NCBI GenBank assembly: GCA_964447415.1
Contig: CAYUSN010000001.1
Span: 185,727 to 249,726, forward strand
Reading direction: 5' to 3'
Source of the DNA: an uncultured Candidatus Saccharibacteria bacterium
GTDB lineage: Bacteria > Patescibacteriota > Minisyncoccia > Phycocordibacterales > EsbW-18
Length of the DNA stretch: 64,000 bases
Under the pieces are notes generated by a model. The model did no database searches and had not been told where the DNA came from. It saw only the letters and a list, made by a program, of their open reading frames with translations. Below, one piece after another: positions 9,782 through 20,810 of this stretch (position 1 is the first letter of the stretch; every line of letters begins with the position of its first letter). The translations under genes were made by a program, and so were the position numbers.

Positions 9782-10270
9782 TTAGCAGGGAAGCGGCGCC
9801 GTGGATGCGGCCGCTCGCTCCTTCGCGCGGCGAATCTGACGCAGCGCGTCCACGTCTTCCTGTACGACGGAATTGCAGAGCCGTCGCACGAAAGACCGCA
9901 CGTCGTCCTCCGGGATGTCGCTGCCGGCGACGTCGCCGACGAAGAGGTCCTCGAGCTCCCCGATGGAAAGCTTGTCGCGGGTACGGTGGCGCACGCGCGC
10001 ACAGAGCACCTGCAGCGAGATCTCCTCCTGCGACTTCTGTGGGATGCGGGACAGCATCCGCGTACGCTGGTCTTCTTCGGGTTCGAGAATTGCCGCGAGG
10101 AACTGCTCGACGGGCTCGGTAACGAGCCCCATCCGCGCCATGAGGCGCCAGATGGCTTCCCGAAACGCGGGCGACGTGCGGGTGAGCCCGCAGCGGTCAC
10201 ACTGGTCGACCTTCCCGGCAACGATTGCCGAGAAAATCTGCAACGCCATGGCGCCGTCCTTTTTGGTCAT
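9782..10270 (-). CDS. Orphan protein (162 aa), SD-led cassette
   Basis: SD AAAGGAGG; TTGACT-17-TACCGT promoter; GC-ending codons. Confidence 0.7.
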   Translation of the reverse strand: MTKKDGAMALQIFSAIVAGKVDQCDRCGLTRTSPAFREAIWRLMARMGLVTEPVEQFLAAILEPEEDQRTRMLSRIPQKSQEEISLQVLCARVRHRTRDKLSIGELEDLFVGDVAGSDIPEDDVRSFVRRLCNSVVQEDVDALRQIRRAKERAAASTAPLPC

Positions 10271-10371
10271 CGTATCCCCTCCTTTGAATGCGGCAGTTAC
10301 CATAACTGTCGCGGTGCATCTATTCGGTACGGTACGCTGTTGGTTAAAAAAAGTCAAAGTTTTCCCAATCT

Positions 10372-12570
10372 TTATTCAAAGTGAACTGATGCACGCGAAC
10401 GCACCGCTTCCGCAAGGAGCGGTGTGTTTGTCAATTCAGGGTCTTTCTCGATGAGTGTTCGTGCTTCAGTGCGCGCCGCTTCAACCATTTTGAGATTTTT
10501 GAGCGCTTCCATGCCGACGTCGGTGATGCCCCACTGACGTCCGCCGTACAACTCGCCTGAACCGCGCAGTTCCAAATCTTTTTCTGCGAGTTCAAACCCG
10601 TTTGCCGACGCGGCAAGCGCCTTCAGACGGTCAAGTGTTCCTGCACCGTGTGCTTCGGTGAAGAGGTAGCAGTATGCCTGATGACTTGAGCGCAGGACGC
10701 GGCCGCGGAGCTGGTGGAGCTGGGCGAGTCCGAACCGGTCGGCGCCTTCAATAATGATTGCGGTTGCGTTCGGGACATTCACGCCGACTTCAATCACCGA
10801 TGTGGCGACCAAAATATCAATATCTCCGTCAGCAAACACTTTCATCACGTCTTCTTTTTCGGCAGGTTTCATTTTTCCGTGCACCATGCCGATGCGTGCT
10901 TTAGGAAACACGTCTTTTTTGAGACGCCGCGCTTCTTCCACCACTGATTTCGCGCGCAAGGCGGTTTCTTTTTTCGGGTCCGGCTCATCAATGCGCGGAC
11001 ATACCACAAATACCTGCCGTCCTTCGTCTATGAGTGTCTGGATGTGTGCGTATGTTTTTGCGCGCCCTGATGGGGTAACAATCTCCGTTTTAATTTCTTT
11101 GCGTCCCTTCGGCTGTTCGTCCAACAACGTGAGGTCAAGGTCGCCGTACACGGTGAGCGCGAGCGTTCTCGGGATAGGTGTTGCGGTCATGGAGAGCAAG
11201 TGAGGCATACGCCAAGTGCTGGTGTCGGGTACGTCCGTTTTTTTTGCGAGTCCGGCGCGCTGATTGGTGCCGAAGCGATGTTGTTCATCGATAATCACGT
11301 ATGCGAGGTGTTTGAATTTCACGGTTTTCTGGATGAGCGCGTGTGTGCCGATGAGAATCGGAATCTCTCCGTTTGCAACCCATTTAAGCAACTGTGGGCG
11401 GGAAATATCGGTCCATCCGTTGCGGTTTACTTTTGACGGAAACTTTTTGCATCCCGATGAGGTGATGAGACCGATTTGAATCGGTAAATCTTTAAAGAAT
11501 TCTATGAATGACTCAAAGTGTTGCTGTGCAAGAATCTCGGTGGGTGCCATGTACGCAACCTGCAAATTGCCGAAATCCTGTGTTTTTCCCTCTGCATTTT
11601 TCGGACGGCTCGTCACCACACAATATGCAGTTGCTGCGGCGACGAATGTCTTTCCCGAACCGACGTCTCCTTCAAGGAGGCGCGACATCGCATGCGGCGA
11701 AGCAAAGTTTTCAAGAATATGTTCTATAGCGCGTGTTTGCGCACCGGTCGGTGTAAACGGAAAGCGTTTAATAAAGGCAGAGAGCTCTTTTTTTGATACC
11801 GCGATATCCCATGTCGGCAGGGCATCGGCCTCCGCGCGCTCCTGCTGTTTTTGAAGCTGGATGAAAAATACCTCTTCAAATGCGAACCGTTTGCGTGCGG
11901 CGACCGCATCCGTTTCGGTTTTCGGTGTGTGCATCCACACCAGTGCGGTGGCGAGTGCAGGTAAATTGTATTTTTTCAAGATGTCTTTCGGAATCGGATC
12001 GGAGAGTGTTTCCAGTAATTCTTTCGTGAGTATTTTTTGTATTGCATAGAAAAACCAGCGTGAGGTCACCCCGCGGCTTTCATGGTATACGGGCAGAAAC
12101 GGTAAGTCAGGATATTCTTCCGTTTGTGAAGTAAACAGCGGGCTTCCTGCGAGCGCCTTGTTTCTGTCAGCGTGCGTAATCTCAGGGTTAATCATTGAAC
12201 GCTTGCCGTCTTTTTCTTTTATTTTTCCGGCGACCACAACCAGCGACCCCTCAGGAAACATTTTTGAAATGTAGGGCTGGTGGAGCCACAAGAGATGCAA
12301 ACTGCCTGACTCGTCTTTGAGTGTCGCTTCCGTCATCGGGATTTTACTTTTCCACGCCTTACGCGCCTTTGTTTTTGAAATAACACCGACGACGGACACC
12401 ATGTCTCCGGATGCGGCGGTTTGAATCACGCCCTCATTGGAAGATGAGATGTAACGTGCGGGGAAGTGATAGAGTAAATCACGTAACGTGACCACGCCGA
12501 GTTTCTTGAGCGCTTTTACTTGAAAGTCGGAAAGGCGAAAGCGTTTTGTAACGGGCTGACTGAGTTCCAT
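10372..12570 (-). CDS. recG: ATP-dependent DNA helicase RecG
   Basis: RLLEGDVGSGKT, DEQHRFG, MTATPIPRT, QLHQLRGRV, DLELRGSGE. Confidence 0.97.
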   Translation of the reverse strand: MELSQPVTKRFRLSDFQVKALKKLGVVTLRDLLYHFPARYISSSNEGVIQTAASGDMVSVVGVISKTKARKAWKSKIPMTEATLKDESGSLHLLWLHQPYISKMFPEGSLVVVAGKIKEKDGKRSMINPEITHADRNKALAGSPLFTSQTEEYPDLPFLPVYHESRGVTSRWFFYAIQKILTKELLETLSDPIPKDILKKYNLPALATALVWMHTPKTETDAVAARKRFAFEEVFFIQLQKQQERAEADALPTWDIAVSKKELSAFIKRFPFTPTGAQTRAIEHILENFASPHAMSRLLEGDVGSGKTFVAAATAYCVVTSRPKNAEGKTQDFGNLQVAYMAPTEILAQQHFESFIEFFKDLPIQIGLITSSGCKKFPSKVNRNGWTDISRPQLLKWVANGEIPILIGTHALIQKTVKFKHLAYVIIDEQHRFGTNQRAGLAKKTDVPDTSTWRMPHLLSMTATPIPRTLALTVYGDLDLTLLDEQPKGRKEIKTEIVTPSGRAKTYAHIQTLIDEGRQVFVVCPRIDEPDPKKETALRAKSVVEEARRLKKDVFPKARIGMVHGKMKPAEKEDVMKVFADGDIDILVATSVIEVGVNVPNATAIIIEGADRFGLAQLHQLRGRVLRSSHQAYCYLFTEAHGAGTLDRLKALAASANGFELAEKDLELRGSGELYGGRQWGITDVGMEALKNLKMVEAARTEARTLIEKDPELTNTPLLAEAVRSRASVHFE

Positions 12571-12672
12571 ACGTCCATTGTACCTCAGGGGTGTGAAGTA
12601 TTTCTTGTTTGACGAACCGTTTATCAGAGCGTACCCTCGTTTTTGGAGATGTACCTGACAAGGAGGATTCTT

Positions 12673-12780
12673 ATGCAACAACTGCTTCAGGCAAGTGCTG
12701 TGTTCGGCATCATTGCGCTCATCATCTGGGGGATGTGGAGGGTCACATTCCTCGGTTTCCGAGAAGGAGGACAACGATGA
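12673..12780 (+). CDS. 35-aa single-TM peptide MQQLLQASAVFGIIALIIWGMWRVTFLGFREGGQR
   Basis: SD AAGGAGG; ATGA overlap with next ORF; TTGACG-17-TACCCT promoter at 12609. Confidence 0.65.
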   Translation: MQQLLQASAVFGIIALIIWGMWRVTFLGFREGGQR

Positions 12781-13007
12781 GGGTTTATGAAGAGAAGGGG
12801 GTGCGTCTCACGTACGTGCCGATGGCGGTCGCGGCAGCGACGCTCATCGCCGCCGGATGGGTCGGATTTCTCGTGCTGCGTAAGACGAGATTCCGCCGTG
12901 CCGCCCGCGTCGCACGGAAAGTGGAGGTCGCGGGCCAGAGAGTGCTCAACCTCGCGGAGCACCCTGATGTGCGGCCGATGTTCTCCGAGGACGAGACCGC
13001 CGCGTGA
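12777..13007 (+). CDS. 76-aa single-TM orphan protein
   Basis: SD AAGGAGG 6 nt before ATG; TM followed by an Arg-rich stretch. Confidence 0.65.
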   Translation: MRVYEEKGVRLTYVPMAVAAATLIAAGWVGFLVLRKTRFRRAARVARKVEVAGQRVLNLAEHPDVRPMFSEDETAA

Positions 13008-13113
13008 CGCCTCGCTCCGCCGTTTTCCCGCCGGGGGCCTTGTGCCGCCGGCGGTGCTTTATATATTGGCGTTTTTGCTGTCCACCGACTTTCCCCAACG
13101 GCGCAGAAACGGC

Positions 13114-13141
13114 TTGACAGAGGCGTTTTCACGAATATAAT
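13114..13141 (+). promoter_or_regulatory. rRNA promoter
   Basis: TTGACA-16-TATAAT. Confidence 0.8.
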
Positions 13142-13236
13142 GAGTGCTCCTACAGTGATCAGCAACCCCGTTCCGGTTTTGCTGGGACGGGGTAAAAAAT
13201 TGCGGTAGGGGATGCACGTTGATAATCACATAATTC

Positions 13237-13331
13237 ATCCAGCACTCAATTTGGCACTGTTGTCATGTCGAACGAATGACGCACAACAGTGAATCTACAA
13301 CGAAGAGATAGTGCCAAATTGAGTGCTGGAT
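13237..13331. repeat. CCAGCACT-family inverted repeat (22-bp perfect arms) in 16S leader
   Basis: ATCCAGCACTCAATTTGGCACT / AGTGCCAAATTGAGTGCTGGAT. Confidence 0.85.
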
Positions 13332-13536
13332 AAAAAAGTCGTGCGATGGCCACCGCTGTCGCACGCACAATCAGAGTTAACCGGATAGCAGCCGGAGCAC
13401 TCTGATTAACCCGTCTATGAGAGACAGACCGTAGTACAGTCTGTCTCATCCAAGACAAAATTAAGAACGGAGAAAAAAGCTAATCACATTTTTTCTTTTG
13501 TTCTGCTCAACTAAGTGAAGCATTTATGTTTCACTT

Positions 13537-15204
<1,668 letters not shown>

Positions 15205-15363
15205 GACAATCGGTATTTGTCTCTCAAGGACAATACTCTAGGCGGTCGATATCGTGCACTGCAATTGAGTGCATGATGGATGCGGCACAGCATCCTTAAA
15301 ACCGTGCCGGGCATCCGGGAAAGACCGGAAAAATGAGCAGAACAAAAGAAAGAACGTGATATA

Positions 15364-15398
15364 AAAACCGCCCCGCGCCTAACGCGCGGGGCGGTTTT
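15364..15398. terminator. Bidirectional terminator after 16S
   Basis: aaaaccgccccgcgc-ctaac-gcgcggggcggtttt. Confidence 0.85.
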
Positions 15399-15406
15399 GC
15401 GTTCTC

Positions 15407-16573
15407 TTAGAGTTCGTCGAGCGCGTCTTCGGCAAGTTCCTCCGCCTCTTGTGCCAGGTCAATCGCTTCGTCGTAATCTTCATCGTCGAACGCATCCCAC
15501 GCGTCGGCAACCAAGTCCTCCGCCTCATCAAGCAGGTCTTCAGCGTCGGATGTGTCGCCGTTTGTGTCATCAACCTCATCCCAGGCATCATCAATTGCGT
15601 CTTCCGCGTCGGCAATTGCGTCTTCCGCGTCTCCCTCATCCCCCCTTCGGTGGCTTCTCGGATTTATTTCATCAACGGCCTCGTCCGCGAGATCCTGTGC
15701 TTCTTCCGCAAGATCAATCGCATCGTCATAGTTGCCGTCATCAAACTCATCCCATGCTTCATCAAGCAGATCTTGTGCTTCATCAAGTAGATCCTGTGCG
15801 TCATCAACATCATCACCGTCATCTTCCGCGTCGTCTATTTCATCTTGCGCATCATCAATCGCATCTTCTGCTTCGTCCAGCGCATCCTCTGCCTCTTCAT
15901 CGCCACCGCCGAGATCATCGATAATATCCTGTGCGTCATCAAGCGCACGCTCTCCCTTTTTGAGTGCCTCTTCGTAATCCTCTTCGATAAACGCGTACAG
16001 AGCGTCGAGCAGACGTTCTTTGGCGTCATCAAGGTCATTCTCAAAGCTTGAGGTGGTTTCACCGTTGTCTTGTGCGTCTTCTATCTCGTCCTCCGCATCA
16101 TCGATTGCATTAATTGCATCTTGCAGAATATTCCGTGCGTCCTCTTCATCGGATGAGTTATTGTCATCATCGTCATCATCACTGTCATCATCATCAGAAT
16201 CCGTCTGCGGCGGAGCAATTACCGGTGTAGGCGCCGCGCCGCTCATGAGTTCAAGATATTTTCTCTGTGATACGGGTCCGAAATATCCTGTCGCCGGCAT
16301 AATGCCGTTCACGGTCTGCCATGCCGCAACCGCAATTTGTGTTTTTTCACGGAAGAGCGATGTTTCTTGCCCCGGCGCGCCGGGACCATCCTGTGCAATC
16401 GTGATGCCCGCTGAGTTGAGGTACCTCTGCAGACAACGGATGTCTTCTCCTTGCATGCCGAGCTCCAAGTCGCGGTCAAAGGTGCACGAAACGACCGCCT
16501 GTGCAGACGGAGCAAATGACAAAAACGCTGCAGTGATAATACCCGCTAGCAATAGTGTTGTGTGTGTGCGCAT
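15407..16573 (-). CDS. Secreted peptidoglycan-binding domain protein with acidic helical repeats
   Basis: Signal peptide; FDRDLELGMQGEDIRCLQRYLN...TGYFGPVS; three D/E/A-rich modules. Confidence 0.8.
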   Translation of the reverse strand: MRTHTTLLLAGIITAAFLSFAPSAQAVVSCTFDRDLELGMQGEDIRCLQRYLNSAGITIAQDGPGAPGQETSLFREKTQIAVAAWQTVNGIMPATGYFGPVSQRKYLELMSGAAPTPVIAPPQTDSDDDDSDDDDDDNNSSDEEDARNILQDAINAIDDAEDEIEDAQDNGETTSSFENDLDDAKERLLDALYAFIEEDYEEALKKGERALDDAQDIIDDLGGGDEEAEDALDEAEDAIDDAQDEIDDAEDDGDDVDDAQDLLDEAQDLLDEAWDEFDDGNYDDAIDLAEEAQDLADEAVDEINPRSHRRGDEGDAEDAIADAEDAIDDAWDEVDDTNGDTSDAEDLLDEAEDLVADAWDAFDDEDYDEAIDLAQEAEELAEDALDEL

Positions 16574-16772
16574 AGCAAAAAAGTTATGTGGTAAATGACC
16601 TGATTGTTCCTGCACAAAGAGGAATGTAATCGGTGCTTACAGTATATCAAGTGGCTCGTCATGCTGAGGTGCCGGGCGGGGGATAATGAGCGCCCGCAAA
16701 GGTATTGGAAACCACATTCTTGACAAATTCATATAATATGATGTATACTGTACATCAGAAAAGGAGGTTGCC

Positions 16773-17024
16773 ATGAAGGCCACGGTGTCGAACTATGGTC
16801 TGATGTACAGTCCGACGGTGATGGGTGGGCTCGTCTCACTCGAACCGTTCGAGGTCATCGCCAAGGCGGTCGGACCGTGCAACTGCGGGTTCGAGGAACC
16901 CGACAGTCCGCGGATGGGGCACGCATCAAGCTGTCCAACGCAGTACGCGATGATCGAGGTGCAGGGGCACACGATCGTGGTGTACCTGCCCAACATCGAA
17001 ATCATGGAGGAGGTGACCGCATGA
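16773..17024 (+). CDS. Orphan protein (83 aa, CxC...H..xCP motif), SD-led cassette
   Basis: TTGACA-18-TATACT promoter; SD AAAGGAGGT. Confidence 0.7.
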   Translation: MKATVSNYGLMYSPTVMGGLVSLEPFEVIAKAVGPCNCGFEEPDSPRMGHASSCPTQYAMIEVQGHTIVVYLPNIEIMEEVTA

Positions 17025-17272
17025 CTCGACAGTACTACCGCCCGCAGGAGCTGCCGCGGCAGAAGGTCGTGCAGCGCGAGAGGAACCAGATGAACACGGC
17101 TTCGGTGGTGTGCGCGGTTCTTGCACTCATCTTCACGATGGGCGCGGCGTCCGAATACACCACCACCGTCGCGGCGGTCGCTTGCGTTCTCCTGGCCCTG
17201 GTCTTCGGGGTCGGGGCGTGGCTTCTCTCCACCCGTTGCGGATTTCGCATCCGCATCGAGCGCGACCGCTGA
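17021..17272 (+). CDS. Orphan 2-TM protein (83 aa)
   Basis: SD GGAGGAGGTG; ATGA overlap; terminator near 17303-17334. Confidence 0.65.
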   Translation: MTRQYYRPQELPRQKVVQRERNQMNTASVVCAVLALIFTMGAASEYTTTVAAVACVLLALVFGVGAWLLSTRCGFRIRIERDR

Positions 17273-17381
17273 CAGTGCTTCGCCGGTTCAAGCCCGGCAA
17301 CGACAGTCGTTTCCTTCGGGGGGCGGCTGTTTTTCTTTATTGAGAAAAACCGGCAATTTTGGTATAGTCCACGTTGCAAAC

Positions 17382-17455
17382 GCGCGTGTAGCTCAGCTGG
17401 TTAGAGCACGTCACTGATAATGACGAGGCCGAAGGTTCGAGTCCTTCCACGCGCA
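17382..17455 (+). tRNA. tRNA-Ile(GAU)
   Basis: Cloverleaf; anticodon arm CGTCA-CTGATAA-TGACG. Confidence 0.95.
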
Positions 17456-17530
17456 CAAAACGAAGTTTGAGTATAAGAAAACGGGCGACCTTTTGAGGGG
17501 TCGCCCGTGAAATCAACTGCGATTCACTGC

Positions 17531-18790
17531 TTACGGAGCCGTTGCGCTCCAGATGCCGGTGTCTCCGAGTTCGAAGCCGTCGGCGAAGATGCGTCCGATG
17601 CCGTGGATGTACCCGGCACCTGCATCGACCCCGTCGATATCCGAGTAAGGGGCGCCGCCGGCGAAGTTGCCACCGTAGGCTGCCGACGACCAACCGTTGC
17701 GGTAGTCGGTGTCAACGTCGGCAGGAATGATTTCCTGCGCGAACGACCACGGGTTCGTGGCTTCCTGCAGGAAAAGCATCCATCTGCCGGCGTTGTTCGT
17801 GCCGGGGATGTCGCGCCACGCCTCACCAACGAGTGCCTGGTGGGCATTGAGCGCGACGGACCATCCAAACTGCGCCCCTGCCTGCGGCACGGGTGCGGCG
17901 AGTGCTTGTTCCAGCGTCCAGCCGTTGCCATCCTGATGGATGACAACGCTGTAGGCGGCACCTCGACTGTCGTCGGGTTGCAATCCGGATTCTCCCGGGG
18001 CGCCGAGCAGGACACGTCGTCCGCTCGCGGAGACAGCGAAGCCGAGTTTGTAGGCGCCGTTGATGACGCCTTTGAAGCTCTGCCCCCACTGGTTCGTTCC
18101 TCCCAAGTTCTGCTTGAAGAGGAAGAACGAACCCATCCATGAGATGTTGCCGCTGTAGTCCAACGGAGCAGTGGCGACGAGCCACTGGTTTCCGATGAAC
18201 GCGAGACCGAAGCCCGCATACGAATCGGCCGGGTTAGCGATGTTGAGGAAGGTAAGCTTCTTACCTTCCCAGCCGCCGGCGGTGTCCCAGTAAACGTTCA
18301 CCTTCCCGTGCGGGAAGGCGCCACAGGCGGCGCTGGTGCCGCTCTTGGAGACCGCGACCGACTGGCCGCTTTCGTCACCTGCGACGGCGTGCGCATCTTC
18401 CAGTGCGGCATCGAAGGTGTAGTCTCCGTCGCTGCCGTTGAAGACGTAGCACCGGCCGGCGTTCGCGCCGAGCGTGTCGTCGTAGGGCGCGCCCACGATG
18501 AGGCGCGCGCAATCCGGAGACACGGCGAGCGCTTCGCCGAAGCGAGCACCGCCTTGGGCACCCGGATAGAAGACCTCGTCGATGAGGTCCGTGCCACGGT
18601 ATACCGCGACGGAACCGGAGGCGGCGTCGTACGGACGACCGACGAAGGACAGACCGTCGCACTTCGCGACGGACTTCCCGAAGTTCTCGCCCGGGAAGGG
18701 CGAGGGGTGCGGGAGCGCGGTGGGTTCCACCGCGCTCAGGGGCGCCGCGAGAATCGCGAGCGCCATGAAGGTCCAGCGGGCGATTCTCAT
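17531..18790 (-). CDS. Secreted FG-GAP repeat beta-propeller protein with IFADGFE C-terminal tail
   Basis: Signal peptide; repeats FG.SVA...GAP; C-terminus IFADGFELGDTGIWS; TTGACA-17-TAGGAT promoter. Confidence 0.85.
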   Translation of the reverse strand: MRIARWTFMALAILAAPLSAVEPTALPHPSPFPGENFGKSVAKCDGLSFVGRPYDAASGSVAVYRGTDLIDEVFYPGAQGGARFGEALAVSPDCARLIVGAPYDDTLGANAGRCYVFNGSDGDYTFDAALEDAHAVAGDESGQSVAVSKSGTSAACGAFPHGKVNVYWDTAGGWEGKKLTFLNIANPADSYAGFGLAFIGNQWLVATAPLDYSGNISWMGSFFLFKQNLGGTNQWGQSFKGVINGAYKLGFAVSASGRRVLLGAPGESGLQPDDSRGAAYSVVIHQDGNGWTLEQALAAPVPQAGAQFGWSVALNAHQALVGEAWRDIPGTNNAGRWMLFLQEATNPWSFAQEIIPADVDTDYRNGWSSAAYGGNFAGGAPYSDIDGVDAGAGYIHGIGRIFADGFELGDTGIWSATAP

Positions 18791-18965
18791 GGCGACTAAC
18801 TTCCTTTCTCCGTCTATCGACGGTGCCTGCATGAATCGTTATGAATCGTTGTTGATTGTAAATCTGCGTCTGGTAACATCCTATCAGAATAAACATGAAT
18901 TGTCAAGAGTTCTGAGCGGGAAAAAGGTACGTTTTTTAGGGCATATTTGGTACTATGCTCTTGTC

Positions 18966-19047
18966 GGGCACGTGGCGGAATTGGTATACGCGTACGCTTC
19001 AGGAGCGTATGTCGCAAGACTTGAGGGTTCGAGTCCCTCCGTGCCCA
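18966..19047 (+). tRNA. tRNA-Leu(CAG)
   Basis: Cloverleaf with long variable arm; anticodon arm TACGC-TTCAGGA-GCGTA. Confidence 0.95.
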
Positions 19048-19048
19048 C

Positions 19049-20176
19049 ATGAGATCCCTTTTTCGATTTCTTCGCGCCAAACGCTTTGCCTACGAGCCGC
19101 TGGTAACGGTTGAGGTTTCACGCAAAAACATTCTAAAAAACCTTGAGATGTTTCTTGAGCATGTCTCGCCGTGGGGTGTTGCGCCGGTGCTGAAGGCAAA
19201 TGCATACGGACACGGACTTATTGAAGTCGCGCGTATTGTTGATGCACACGCACATGTGCCGTTTGTGGTGGTTGATTCGTACTATGAAGCACTCCGGCTT
19301 CGTAACGAGCACGTCACGTCGCCGATTCTCGTCATCGGACACACGCTCTCACACAACATCAAAAAAAACACGATGCATGGCATTTCGTTTTCCGTCGGAT
19401 CGCTGCACCAATTGAAAGAAATCGCGGAGACGAACGCGCCGGTGTCCGTACATCTGAAGTTTGACACCGGTATGCATCGGCAGGGAATTATGCCGAAAGA
19501 ACTTTCACGTGCGGTTGAAATTGTCGCGTCACACCCGCATCTGCATGTGGAAGGCATCTGCTCGCACCTTGCGGACGCCGACGGTGATGATGAGATACTG
19601 ACGACGGCGCAAATAAAACTCTGGAATGATATCGCATCGAAGTGGCGGAAGGCGTTTTCACAGACGAAGTATTTTCATCTGTCGGCGACCGCGGGCGTTC
19701 GACTTGCCGGAAAGATTGACGCGAATGTGGGAAGGCTCGGCATCGGACTGTACGGCATTTCAGATGTGATTCCCGGTCTTGCCCCCGCACTTTCTATGAA
19801 AACCTCCGTCACAGGATTGCGAACCATACAGAAGGGGGAGCGTGTCGGGTACGGTTTTTCATGGACGGCGGCGCGCGACACACGTGTGGCAACAATCCCT
19901 GTCGGCTACTACGAAGGTATTGACCGCCGGCTTTCAAACAAAGGGTTCGTGCGCGTGCGCGGAAAAGAGTGTCCGATTATCGGACGAGTATCGATGAACA
20001 TGACAACTGTTGATGTCACGGACGTACCCGATGTAAAAGAAGGAGACGGAGTGGAAGTCATAAGTACGAAATTCGAAGCACGAAATTCGATTACATACAT
20101 GGCGGAGCTGTGCGACACAATCCCGTACGATATTTTGGTGCACATTCCGTCTGCACTTCGACGCACGGTCATCTGA
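19049..20176 (+). CDS. alr: Alanine racemase
   Basis: VLKANAYGHG (PLP Lys), HLKFDTGMHRQG, GRVSMNM, TIPYDIL. Confidence 0.95.
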   Translation: MRSLFRFLRAKRFAYEPLVTVEVSRKNILKNLEMFLEHVSPWGVAPVLKANAYGHGLIEVARIVDAHAHVPFVVVDSYYEALRLRNEHVTSPILVIGHTLSHNIKKNTMHGISFSVGSLHQLKEIAETNAPVSVHLKFDTGMHRQGIMPKELSRAVEIVASHPHLHVEGICSHLADADGDDEILTTAQIKLWNDIASKWRKAFSQTKYFHLSATAGVRLAGKIDANVGRLGIGLYGISDVIPGLAPALSMKTSVTGLRTIQKGERVGYGFSWTAARDTRVATIPVGYYEGIDRRLSNKGFVRVRGKECPIIGRVSMNMTTVDVTDVPDVKEGDGVEVISTKFEARNSITYMAELCDTIPYDILVHIPSALRRTVI

Positions 20177-20279
20177 AATGCCAAGGAGTTGACAAACCAT
20201 TTTAAACTGATATAATACCCACCAGGAAATAGCGCATCGGTCGGATTCAACCGCCGATGAACAAGAGAGGGAGGTCAGT

Positions 20280-20657
20280 ATGACCGTCAAAAAGCAGGCT
20301 CCCGAAGAGACCCCCGCCACGCCCCAGACGGCGCCCGACGACAACAAGCGTTTCGAGATGTGCGGGTGCAACGGCAAGCCGCACGGGTACTACGTGCGGA
20401 GCAACGGGGAGAAGTTCCCGGCCGTCATCGTGTCGGTGCGCGCCGGCAAGTTCGTCCTCGACGGACCGGTCGAGGAGGGCGGCGGGCTCGTCAAGACCGA
20501 GGACAAGGCGCGCGCAGTCGCCCAGATGGAGGCCTCCGGTCTCCCGGCAGAGCGCGAGGACGACATCGAGGTGGCCGCGCAGAGCGCCGTCCATGCGCTG
20601 GCCTCCGAGGTGTTCCTGCTGGAGATCCTGGCGCAGGCGATGACCCGCAACAAGTAG
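20280..20657 (+). CDS. Orphan protein (125 aa), SD-led cassette
   Basis: TTGACA-16-TATAAT; SD GGGAGGT; nearly all GC-ending codons; terminator near 20687-20714. Confidence 0.75.
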   Translation: MTVKKQAPEETPATPQTAPDDNKRFEMCGCNGKPHGYYVRSNGEKFPAVIVSVRAGKFVLDGPVEEGGGLVKTEDKARAVAQMEASGLPAEREDDIEVAAQSAVHALASEVFLLEILAQAMTRNK

Positions 20658-20755
20658 AACGCGCCGATAGACGTCCATCTGTCACCAAGCCCCCACGCGA
20701 AAGCGCGGGGGCTTCAATATTATATGGAAACAAAAAACACACGGAGTTGTCGTGA

Positions 20756-20800
20756 TATAACCCGCACTTACTTTTGGTACAAAAGTAAGTGCGGGTTATA
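20756..20800. repeat. CCCGCACT-type hairpin (21-bp arms) at murC promoter
   Basis: TATAACCCGCACTTACTTTTG-gta-CAAAAGTAAGTGCGGGTTATA. Confidence 0.8.
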
Positions 20801-20810
20801 GTTGGTATGT

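Noticed and set aside
11211-11230. CCAGCACTT motif inside recG (minus strand)
   Set aside because: No partner arm found; could be chance
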